Source: Dehalococcoidia bacterium (GTDB taxonomy: Bacteria > Chloroflexota > Dehalococcoidia > WHTO01). Taken from it: 64,000 nt of DNA. The DNA lies in assembly GCA_040902555.1 (NCBI GenBank), contig JBBDXC010000001.1, positions 150,662 through 214,661 of the forward strand. The letters run 5' to 3'. A model generated the notes under the pieces. It was not told where the DNA came from. It was given only the letters and a program-made list of their open reading frames with translations, and ran no database searches. Shown here piece by piece: positions 8,557-17,001 of the stretch; positions within the stretch are counted from its first letter, which is position 1, and each line of letters starts with the position of its first letter. The translations under genes and the position numbers were made by a program.

Positions 8557-9728
8557 TACGCGCGGGCTCCAATCGCCGTCTCGGCCAGGACAGACGCCAA
8601 CTCCCCGGCAGCCCGATCGACCCCTATTGCGGCGTCCCGGATGCGGCCCATTCCGGCCTCAACGAGACGAAATCGGTCAGTAAGCCGAATCTGGTCCGAA
8701 ATCGACGGCAGCGGGACCCGCTCCTCGCGGAGGACAGCGCCGCTAACAATCGGCTGGCCGCCGCCGCGGGCCGCGCTCTCCTGACGCAGCGCAAGGTAGC
8801 GGTAGCGGAACCAAGCTTGCAGAAAATACGAGTCAAATCTGGCCGGCTCGGGGAGAATGCCAAACGCATTTTGACTACAGGTAGAAGGTATGCGAAGGAT
8901 GCCAGTACGCCCTCTGGTTTGGCCTTGGCCCACCATTGCGACAAAAAGTGTGCCGGGGGGAAAGAGCCGCAGATTGTGATCGACCACGGCGGTTTCGCTT
9001 ATGTGCTGGGACGTTTGCCAAACGTCGGCGTCTCTCAATTCAGTCGTGGTAAGCCATGGCACGTCGCCGACGAAGTACTCGGGGTGCACTCGTGACGGAG
9101 TCGAGCCGCTCTTTGTTTCCGCGAAGTCCCCTAGCCGGTGACGCGGCCACCGGGCTGCCTCGCCCTCCTCGAAAACGGCGCGAAGGTAACCGGCTGGAAG
9201 TTGTTTGGCGGCTTCGAGGCGAGCCTGGCTGGCGGCGCGGGCGTTATCTAGCAGGCCCAGTTGCTGCTCCAGCTTCCTAACGATGCGTCTCTGTTCCGGC
9301 AACGAAGGCAATACGAATTCCAACGACTCCAAGTCACTCCTGCCGATGGCTGAAAAGGTGCTCCCACTGCCACGAGCAGCAATATCCTTTTCGCGTGAAC
9401 GCAGCACCCACAGCGCATAGCGTTGATCGAGGCTCGGACCACACCGAATTGCCGCGAGACCCCTGCCAATAGCGGATTCGGTGTCGGCCACGTTGGTCGG
9501 CCCAACCGGCGCACGAACTGAGATTAGAATGTCCCCTGGTTGCGCTATGCAGACCGGATCGGTGCACCATATCCGCGCGATGGGGTGCAGCGAGCCAAAG
9601 TCGGCCTTGCCTTGAAAGAAGGGAAGGCCCTCAGGCTTTGTGCGATAAGTGGAGCCAGGCGGCGACTGGCCCGCGACGATGGTCGCCACGTCCCCCAGCC
9701 GCACATTCGAGGCGCCATACGTCGTCAA
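8556..9728 (-). CDS. hsdS: Type I R-M specificity subunit HsdS.
   Basis: Two target-recognition-domain repeats with conserved central and C-terminal helical spacers (…LPEQRRIV.KLEQQL… / …SISDQIRLTDRF…). TTG start overlaps the hsdR TGA (TTGA). Confidence 0.85.
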   Translation of the reverse strand: MTTYGASNVRLGDVATIVAGQSPPGSTYRTKPEGLPFFQGKADFGSLHPIARIWCTDPVCIAQPGDILISVRAPVGPTNVADTESAIGRGLAAIRCGPSLDQRYALWVLRSREKDIAARGSGSTFSAIGRSDLESLEFVLPSLPEQRRIVRKLEQQLGLLDNARAASQARLEAAKQLPAGYLRAVFEEGEAARWPRHRLGDFAETKSGSTPSRVHPEYFVGDVPWLTTTELRDADVWQTSQHISETAVVDHNLRLFPPGTLFVAMVGQGQTRGRTGILRIPSTCSQNAFGILPEPARFDSYFLQAWFRYRYLALRQESAARGGGQPIVSGAVLREERVPLPSISDQIRLTDRFRLVEAGMGRIRDAAIGVDRAAGELASVLAETAIGARA

Positions 9729-12121
9729 GCGGAGAACATCCGGGACTTGGTCTCGGCCAGAACCTCGACGGGTTTTCCGGCCAGTCGAAGCGCTTTAACG
9801 CCACCGGCTCTGTCTACCGCCGGAACGCTAAATATCTCCGGGTTCTCGATACCCTCAGTGCCGGCGCGCGCAAACTGCTGAGCGATCGCCTTGATCGCGG
9901 CAGCAGCCTGATCAGGCATCCCATCCAGCCAGCGGGAGTGCTTGTAGTCGAAGGCGTCCGTCCGGTGTTTCCTGGTTAGCGGATTTAAGCCGTAGCCGAT
10001 CTCGCCCAGGACGTCGTAAAGGTCGTACTCCTTCATGTTCTCAAGTTCCCTGATAACGGATGCCGAGCGGCCGCCGTCTGGCAGGGCGTTCAGCAGCTCC
10101 CGGCGGTGATCCGGGAGCACCCAGATGTCACGAAAACCGTCCAAGGTGGCTGCTTCCTTCGTCAGGCTTTCGGCCACCATCCCTTTGTACTCCTCGACGG
10201 TAACCGGCGTGGCCTTGCCATCGACACTGGTTAGGATATAGCGGCCGGCGTCGCTGATCCTGACCTCGAAGCCCTCGACCTGTATGGTCCTTTCGCTGTT
10301 GCCTTCATCGGCTTGGTCTTCGGCTGACCCTGAGGGCTCGTCGGTCGTCCGTGTCCCGGGGCTACTGATAAAGTCTTTGCCGAAGAGACGGGTGGCGTTT
10401 GTGTAGTCGTAGACGCGAAACATCAGCTTGGCCGTTTGCGGGTGCAGGCGCGTGCCACGGCCGACCATCTGGTAGAAAGCGATCGGCGACTTCACGTACT
10501 TGAAGAAGACGATGTTGCGGACGATGGGGACGTCGACCCCGGTTGTGAGAAGGTCAACTGTCGTGGCGACGAAGTGACTTCGGGACGAATCTCGTAACTC
10601 CGGCAGGAAGTCATTGCCGAAACTCGCGGCCGTGCATTTGAAGGCATAACTCTCCAGGGGCTTCTTACCCTCGTCCTTACACCACGCTGCATACCAGTTG
10701 TTGAGGCGGATCGCGACCTGTTCGGCGTGGCTGTCGCGAGCGCAGAAGATGATTGTCTTTTGCTCGGGGCCGCCCGTCCGCACCAGGTGACTGAAGAGAT
10801 CGTTGGTCATGCTGTTTACACGCTCAGGAAGCTGGATGCGGTCCTCGAAATCGGGAGCTAGGTACTTCTCACGTACGTCGGATATCGATAGGACTTCCCC
10901 AGTAATCGTGTCAACCAGCTTCTTCCCTTTCAGGTCCGTGTGGGTCAACTCGCTCTCGCGCTCGTTTGCAGGCTGACCGACAAACCAGGGGTCGCGGCGA
11001 ATTATCTCGCAGGCGGCCAGGTAGCCGTCCTCGATGCCCTGGGCGATGTCGTACTCGTAAACGGGCTCCCCGAAGTGGCGGATGTTGTCGGCCTGTATAG
11101 CGAGGTCCACCACCGCGTCCTCGGCGGATTCGGCTACATCGAGGCGGCGTGGGGTGGCCGTGAGGCCAATCTGCACAGCGTCCGGGTTGCGGGTCAGCAA
11201 CTCAGACCACTTGCCCCATGCCGACCGGTGACATTCGTCGATGACGATGTGAGTGAAGTAGTTCTCGGGGTAGTGCGTCCGCAGGAACGAGCTGTCATCC
11301 TCGTCGCTGGCGACTCCCAGGGTCTGGTAGGTAGCGACGTGCACGCGGGCGTTCTTCGCCTTGTTCCGACCGCCGTACTCCTGCTGAACAAGCGCCGCGT
11401 TGCTGCCGAACTCCTGGTTGAGCGCCGCGTGCCCCTGTGTCCGCAGTTCGTCGCGGTCACAAACAAAGAGCGCGCGTCGCATTTGACCAGCGTCGTCGAT
11501 GCGCTTAAGGAGGTTGACCGCGATCTTTGTTTTCCCAGACCCCGTGGCCAGAGAGAGTAGGGCGCGTTTCTCACCCCGCGCCAGCTTTTCGAGGACCGCG
11601 CGGATGGCCGCGTCCTGGTAGTAGCGGATCGAGGCCTGACCGCGAGGATACGGGACCGAGAGGGGCGCTGCGGATGGGTCTGTGAGGCGGAAACCCTTGA
11701 GCTCCTCGTAGCGGTGTTGCAGCTCTTCCGGGGTAGGGAAGGCTGCAATGGGGAGCGGCTCCGAGGTCAAGCTGGTGCCCGCGTCGTACTGCACGAATTG
11801 GTGGCCGTTGCTGGTGAAGGCGAAGGGCAGGTTAAGCCGCTTTGACGCGGCGTAGAGCTTGACCTGCTCGAGGCCGTAAGCGGGCGGGAGATGCTCGGCC
11901 TTGGCCTCGATCAAGGCGACGGCTACCGGGTGACCATCGGGGCGGGCTTTGACGCGCAGGGTGTAGTCGACGCGGCCATGGCTGCGGCGGCGGGCGCGGC
12001 CCTCGGCTATGTAGATGCCGCCGTCCGTCTCCTCGCGGCGGATCATGTCCTCGGTCCAGCCCCGGGCGTAGAGGGCAGGGTCGATGAGCCTGGCTCTGGT
12101 GTCGGCTTCGGAGAGTGTCAT
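9725..12121 (-). CDS. hsdR: Type I R-M restriction subunit HsdR (PD-(D/E)xK nuclease + SF2 helicase).
   Basis: N-terminal HsdR_N nuclease (VDYTL…VALIEAK). Walker A LSLATGSGKT, DECH box (IVIDECHRS), motif VI (QMVGRGTR). Confidence 0.9.
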   Translation of the reverse strand: MTLSEADTRARLIDPALYARGWTEDMIRREETDGGIYIAEGRARRRSHGRVDYTLRVKARPDGHPVAVALIEAKAEHLPPAYGLEQVKLYAASKRLNLPFAFTSNGHQFVQYDAGTSLTSEPLPIAAFPTPEELQHRYEELKGFRLTDPSAAPLSVPYPRGQASIRYYQDAAIRAVLEKLARGEKRALLSLATGSGKTKIAVNLLKRIDDAGQMRRALFVCDRDELRTQGHAALNQEFGSNAALVQQEYGGRNKAKNARVHVATYQTLGVASDEDDSSFLRTHYPENYFTHIVIDECHRSAWGKWSELLTRNPDAVQIGLTATPRRLDVAESAEDAVVDLAIQADNIRHFGEPVYEYDIAQGIEDGYLAACEIIRRDPWFVGQPANERESELTHTDLKGKKLVDTITGEVLSISDVREKYLAPDFEDRIQLPERVNSMTNDLFSHLVRTGGPEQKTIIFCARDSHAEQVAIRLNNWYAAWCKDEGKKPLESYAFKCTAASFGNDFLPELRDSSRSHFVATTVDLLTTGVDVPIVRNIVFFKYVKSPIAFYQMVGRGTRLHPQTAKLMFRVYDYTNATRLFGKDFISSPGTRTTDEPSGSAEDQADEGNSERTIQVEGFEVRISDAGRYILTSVDGKATPVTVEEYKGMVAESLTKEAATLDGFRDIWVLPDHRRELLNALPDGGRSASVIRELENMKEYDLYDVLGEIGYGLNPLTRKHRTDAFDYKHSRWLDGMPDQAAAAIKAIAQQFARAGTEGIENPEIFSVPAVDRAGGVKALRLAGKPVEVLAETKSRMFSA

Positions 12122-12228
12122 GGGTTTGTGTAGTTAGCAAACCACACCTGCGCTCCACGGCGCACGTCCACGACTCTTCCCAGCCGGTTTTTCCGTGGGC
12201 GTTGAATCCTCACTAGAATCAGCTAGCT

Positions 12229-13665
12229 ATGTTTGACACCCTTTCCGACCGCCTGCAGGCGGTATTCGGCCGGCTCGGCCGCAGCTCCAAGATCACCGAG
12301 AAGGACCTCGACGATGCCCTGCGCGAGGTCCGCGTGGCGCTGCTGGAGGCCGACGTCAACTTTAAGGTCGTCCGCGGCTTCATCAACGACGTGCGTGGGA
12401 AGGCGATCGGCGCCGAGGTCACGAAGAGCGTCACGCCGGTCCAGCAGGTGATCGCCATCGTCAACGACGAGCTGGTCGGGATGCTGGGCGGCGAGCAGGC
12501 CACCCTGGCCATGTCGTCGAAGCCCCCTACCGTCCTTGTATTGGTGGGACTCAAAGGGGCTGGCAAGACCACGACAGCGGCAAAGCTGGCGGCGCACCTG
12601 CGCAAGCAGGGAGGCAAACCACTCCTGGCTTCCGTTGACCGCCAACGTGTCGCCGGCGCCGAGCAGCTCGCGTCTCTGTCGCGGCAGTTGGGCGTCGAGT
12701 TCTACTCGCGCGACGCGAAGCCGGACGAGATCGCCCGCGAATCCGTGCTGGAGGCCGCCAAGCGCGGCTCGTCCGTCGTGATCATCGACACGCAGGGCTA
12801 CGTCGAGCTGACCGAAGACGTCGTCAGTGACCTGGGCAAGCTGCGAGACGCCGTCAAGGCCAACGAGATCCTGCTGGTCGCCGACGCCATGACGGGCCAG
12901 GAGGCCGTGAACGTAGCCCAGGAGTTCAACGAAGCCCTGGGCCTGACCGGCCTGATCCTGACGAAGGTCGACAGCGACGCGCGAGGTGGTGCAGCCCTTT
13001 CGATCCGCGCCGTTACCGGCGTGCCAATCAAGTTCGTCGGCACGGGTGAGAAGACAGACGCCCTAGAGCCGTTTTATCCCGACCGCTTCGCCTCGAGGAT
13101 TCTCGGCATGGGTGACGTCGTTTCACTGGTCGAGAAGGCGCAGGAATCGATCGACGAGGACCAGGCGCGGCGGATGGAGGAGAAGCTACGCAAAGGCTCC
13201 TTCGACCTCCAGGACTTCTCCGATCAGCTTCAGCAGGTGCGGAAGATCGGGCCGATGGCCCAGGTCCTTGGCATGCTGCCGGGGTTCGGCCAGATCAAGA
13301 AGCAGCTCAGCGAGTCGCAGCTCGACGAGAGCCAGTTCAAACGGGTGGAGGCGATGATCTCCTCGATGACAGGCCCCGAGCGCCGCCAGCCCGACCTGCT
13401 GGAGCGCAACGGCGGCCGCCGGCGCCGCGTGGCCGACGGCAGCGGGACAAGCCTGGCCGACGTCAACCGGCTGCTCAAGCAGTTCGGCGAGGCCAAGAAG
13501 CTGATGGAAGCGATCAGCAGCGGCCGCATACCCAAGAACATGGCGGCGATGATGCAGGGCATGGAGGGCGGCAACGGCGCTGACGTGCAGGTGGGGGCGG
13601 GAACAAAGGCCAATATGGCCGGGCAGCTATCGCGCCGCCAGCTGCGCAAGCAGCGCCGCCACTAG
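12229..13665 (+). CDS. ffh: Signal recognition particle protein Ffh.
   Basis: N domain, SRP54 G domain (GLKGAGKTTTAAKLA, DTQG, TKVD), Met-rich M domain (MAAMMQGMEG). Confidence 0.9.
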   Translation: MFDTLSDRLQAVFGRLGRSSKITEKDLDDALREVRVALLEADVNFKVVRGFINDVRGKAIGAEVTKSVTPVQQVIAIVNDELVGMLGGEQATLAMSSKPPTVLVLVGLKGAGKTTTAAKLAAHLRKQGGKPLLASVDRQRVAGAEQLASLSRQLGVEFYSRDAKPDEIARESVLEAAKRGSSVVIIDTQGYVELTEDVVSDLGKLRDAVKANEILLVADAMTGQEAVNVAQEFNEALGLTGLILTKVDSDARGGAALSIRAVTGVPIKFVGTGEKTDALEPFYPDRFASRILGMGDVVSLVEKAQESIDEDQARRMEEKLRKGSFDLQDFSDQLQQVRKIGPMAQVLGMLPGFGQIKKQLSESQLDESQFKRVEAMISSMTGPERRQPDLLERNGGRRRRVADGSGTSLADVNRLLKQFGEAKKLMEAISSGRIPKNMAAMMQGMEGGNGADVQVGAGTKANMAGQLSRRQLRKQRRH

Positions 13666-14246
13666 ACGCGCTCTATGCCGTCGATCAGCAGGTCAATGCC
13701 AATAACCACGGCGATGACCGAGAGTACGCGGCCCCCTTCGCGCAGCGGCAGCCGTGTAGTCCCGGTTTCCAACCGGCGAGAGGCGAGCACCGCCGCGGCG
13801 AGGATTGCGAGGGCCCCGGCGAGGGCGCCCAGCGAGCGCAGCGTCCCGCGATCGGCGCCGTAGAAGGCCGAGACGACGATCACGGCCGGCGTAGCCACGG
13901 AGAGGGCCAGCCGGCCCGCTTCTATCGCCCGCTTCCAGCGGCTGGATGGCAGGGGCTCGGGGTTAAAGGGCTCGCGCAGCAGGAGGGTAGGCACAAGCCC
14001 GATGATCAGCAGAAGGCCGGCGCCGCTCTGCCAGCTAGAAACCGAGACGTCGAAGAAGTCGAGTATCTCATCGCCGAGCAGGACGCAGGGGACCAAAAGG
14101 GTGGCCGCGGTGGCAATGGCTGCGAGCGCCCAGCCGCGACGTTGAGGTCTGCCGAAACCGGCGGACAGGGCGTTCCAACGCAGGGCGTTGCCCGACGGGT
14201 TGACGACGACGACGAAGGTCAGGAAGAGGCGCAGGAACTCGATCAG
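13662..14246 (-). CDS. MarC/UPF0056 family integral membrane protein, with a non-canonical start.
   Basis: Read-through of the ORF past its listed TTG start at 14096 gives (L)IEFLRLFLTFVVVVNPSGNALRW..., the MarC N-terminal signature. No ATG/GTG/TTG lies upstream before the in-frame stop at about 14322. CTG at 14246-14244 (or ATC at 14243-14241) overlaps the upstream TGA (CTGA). Confidence 0.5.
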   Translation of the reverse strand: MIEFLRLFLTFVVVVNPSGNALRWNALSAGFGRPQRRGWALAAIATAATLLVPCVLLGDEILDFFDVSVSSWQSGAGLLLIIGLVPTLLLREPFNPEPLPSSRWKRAIEAGRLALSVATPAVIVVSAFYGADRGTLRSLGALAGALAILAAAVLASRRLETGTTRLPLREGGRVLSVIAVVIGIDLLIDGIERV

Positions 14247-15496
14247 CGGTCCGGCTCCCGCCGGCTGCGGTCGTCGAGAGCGTCGCCGGTGTAGATAAGT
14301 CCCGAGATGGCGTGCTGCTGGTCATCCATGCGGGTCAGACCCTCGACAAACCAGGCGCCGTCGATCAATGGGTTGACAGACTCGGCCTGGCGCTTGTGCA
14401 GGATGCCGGCGCCGCAGCGGGCTCGGTCCTCTATGCCCGAGGCCAGGTCGGAGAGCCGTTCGTCATCCTGGGAAAGCCGCCAGAGAGCCGCCATGCCTTC
14501 GACCCACGTGCCGAGAGAGGCCGCCCGGCGGTCGGGGCCGCGCGAGGCGTCGGCGCCGGGGTTGGCGTCTTTCTGGGCCTCGGTGCGGATAAGGAAGCTG
14601 AAGCGGCCGGCGAGGCGGCGCGCGTAGTTGGTGTGGTGGTCTTCGAGGCCCCACTCGGCCATCTCGGCCAGGCCGTAGGCGCCCCAATGGTCGTTGAGCG
14701 GCGGGAACTCGACGTTCTCCAACTCGTCACGGATCAGAGTTATGAAGTCGGCGGCGGCGAAGGCGGCGTCGTCCCAGCCATCGTCGGGAAAGGCCTCGTG
14801 GAGCAGGGCGATGGCCCAGAGCGCCTCGCCCGGGTAGTAGAGCGAGGTTTCGTTGACCTCGGGCTCGTTGCTGTTGAAGTACCACTTGGTGTGGAAGCCG
14901 CCATCCTCGCGCTGGAGTGCAACCATGAAGCGTCCAAGCTGGCGCATCACCTGGTCGTACTGTGTGTCCCCGGTAATCAGCCGCCGTTCGGCCATGGCGA
15001 TGGTCATCAGGGCGGTGGAGCCCAGCTTGCCCTCGCCCACATCGGTCAGCGCTCGCCAGTCGTTATATGATTCCAGTCGCTCCAGCATCCAGGCCAGACC
15101 CAGTTCCGCTGTCGCCATGGCCTCCTCATCGCCGAGGCGGCCGGCGACCTGGTAGAGCGACATCGTGACGCCGGCGTGACGGACGATGTTGTATTCGCTG
15201 GGGAAGGAGTCCTCGTCGCGGTTGTACTCATAGACGTAGGAGCCATCCCCGCGCTGCCCGGCGATCAGCCAGTCGGCCGCCGCCTGGGCCGATGCCCTCG
15301 CCTCGACCGCGCTGAGGTCCGAGCAGGACTCGGCCGGGACAGCAACCAGGCGGACAGCGAAGAGCGCCGCGCCCCAGAAGGCGACAGGCACGAAGAAGCC
15401 GAGTTTGGGCAATTGCCGCCTCTCGCTGACGAGGTTACGCAGTGCCTGGGCGGCACTGCCTTCTGCGTTCAATGTTACTTGCGCGGCCTTGGGCAT
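14243..15496 (-). CDS. Membrane-anchored alpha/alpha-toroid protein (prenyltransferase/squalene-cyclase-like repeats).
   Basis: QxxDG(S/G)(Y/F/W) repeats (GQRGDGSYVY, QREDGGFHTKW). N-terminal TM anchor. Start assigned to the Met at 15496, which has a GAGGT Shine-Dalgarno 6 nt upstream, rather than the Met at 15541. Confidence 0.5.
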   Translation of the reverse strand: MPKAAQVTLNAEGSAAQALRNLVSERRQLPKLGFFVPVAFWGAALFAVRLVAVPAESCSDLSAVEARASAQAAADWLIAGQRGDGSYVYEYNRDEDSFPSEYNIVRHAGVTMSLYQVAGRLGDEEAMATAELGLAWMLERLESYNDWRALTDVGEGKLGSTALMTIAMAERRLITGDTQYDQVMRQLGRFMVALQREDGGFHTKWYFNSNEPEVNETSLYYPGEALWAIALLHEAFPDDGWDDAAFAAADFITLIRDELENVEFPPLNDHWGAYGLAEMAEWGLEDHHTNYARRLAGRFSFLIRTEAQKDANPGADASRGPDRRAASLGTWVEGMAALWRLSQDDERLSDLASGIEDRARCGAGILHKRQAESVNPLIDGAWFVEGLTRMDDQQHAISGLIYTGDALDDRSRREPDR

Positions 15497-15640
15497 GAGG
15501 TAACCTCGCTCTACAGCCCCATCTGGCATGCTTTGACGCAACTAGACACCCCTCCTCCTTCGCCCGGGAGTGAGCCAGGGCCACCTGCCCCAGCCGGCGT
15601 GCTGGGGGCGCCGCGCCGTGGCTGGCGTTCCCTGCGGCGG

Positions 15641-16960
15641 ATGTTCTGGGCCATTACGCCCCACGCCTCGCCGATGCGCGGCCGACGGCTGCAGCTCCTG
15701 GTCAGCTCGCGCTTCCTGTCCGAGTCGTCGCAGCAGATGCTGACCTACGCGGCGTTGATCGCTTTGGGGTCGGGCTCCGCCTTCAAGGCGGCGTTGGTCA
15801 TGATCGCGTCGCTGCTGCCGCAGACGCTGTTCGGGCTGGTTGGCGGCGCAATAGCCGACGTCCTTCCCAAGCGGCTGGCGCTGATCATCGGCTACGCGGC
15901 ACAGGCCGGGATCTGCTTCGCCCTGCCCTTTGTCCTCGGCGACAGCCTGTTCGGCGTGCTCGGCCTGGTCTTCCTGATCTTTGCCGTGGCGCAGATTTCG
16001 GCGCCGGCGGAGGCCTCGATCGTGCCGCTGGTGGTGGAGGAGAAGCAGCTTGTCTCGGCCAACTCCTGGATCAGCTTCTCCGTCGTCGCCGGTTCGGTGG
16101 TCGGCACCGTCATAGGCGCCCCCATCCTGGTCAAACTGTTTGACGTGCGCCCGGTCTTTTTCGTCTCCGGGGTGCTCTTTGCCCTGGCGATGGTGCGGCT
16201 CTTCGCCTTGAGCATCGGCCGCACCCACAAGGCGACGGCCGACCCGCTGAGTACCGAGCGGACGCCTGGGCGTGATTTTGGCTACGTCTTTCATTGGCTG
16301 AGGGGCAACCGGATGCCCTTCCTGATGCTTTCCCTGGGCGTGCTCGCCGGCGCCGCGAACTTCGCCATGGTCATGCTGGCGCCGCGTTACACAGCCGAGG
16401 TACTGGACAGCGACCCGGCGAACGCCGTCTACATCTTCTGGACGTCTGGGCTCGGCCTCTTCCTGGGGCTGTTCCTGGGGCCGCTCATCATCCGGCCGTT
16501 CGGCGCCTGGACCGCGGCGGTGATGGGGTTCGCCCTGATCACGGTCAGCCTTTTCATGCTGGGCATCATCGACGTGACTGTGGACCTGCTTAAGTTTGTC
16601 GGGATCGTCGGCGCCTATAAGCTCGGCTTCCTGCCCGTGTCGGACCGCCTGGCTGCGGCCTCCTTCATGGCGCTCCCGCTCGGCTTCGGCATCACGGTCG
16701 CGACGCTGGCGGCGCAGACCTACCTCAACGCGACCGTACCCGAGGCGTTGCAGGGCCGTGTTTTCGCCGTCTACCTCGTCCTGCGCAACGGCTCGGCCAT
16801 CCTGCCGCTGCTGCTGATGGGGATCGTGGCGGAAGTGACCGGCGTGCAGCCGGTTACGGCGCTGGCGCCCTTCCTGCTGCTCGCGCTGGCAATCTGGGCG
16901 GCGCGGATGCACAAGCGCTGGGCTTCGACGCTGGAGGCGCCGGCCTATTCCGCGCCATAG
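15641..16960 (+). CDS. MFS transporter.
   Basis: 12-14 predicted TM segments. N-terminus …RRLQLLVSSRFLSESSQQMLTYA is typical of the MFS N-terminus. Start at ATG 15641, or 15676 as an alternative. The ORF's upstream 5' extension and the antisense ORF 15542..16912 are rejected. Confidence 0.75.
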   Translation: MFWAITPHASPMRGRRLQLLVSSRFLSESSQQMLTYAALIALGSGSAFKAALVMIASLLPQTLFGLVGGAIADVLPKRLALIIGYAAQAGICFALPFVLGDSLFGVLGLVFLIFAVAQISAPAEASIVPLVVEEKQLVSANSWISFSVVAGSVVGTVIGAPILVKLFDVRPVFFVSGVLFALAMVRLFALSIGRTHKATADPLSTERTPGRDFGYVFHWLRGNRMPFLMLSLGVLAGAANFAMVMLAPRYTAEVLDSDPANAVYIFWTSGLGLFLGLFLGPLIIRPFGAWTAAVMGFALITVSLFMLGIIDVTVDLLKFVGIVGAYKLGFLPVSDRLAAASFMALPLGFGITVATLAAQTYLNATVPEALQGRVFAVYLVLRNGSAILPLLLMGIVAEVTGVQPVTALAPFLLLALAIWAARMHKRWASTLEAPAYSAP

Positions 16961-17001
16961 GGTGTATATGCCCTTCGCGGGAAGCGTTCTACCCTCGATC
17001 C

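Noticed and set aside
15542-16912. 456-aa minus-strand ORF, extremely Arg/Gly/Asp-rich.
   Set aside because: Antisense shadow of the MFS transporter in high-GC DNA. Composition is non-protein-like.
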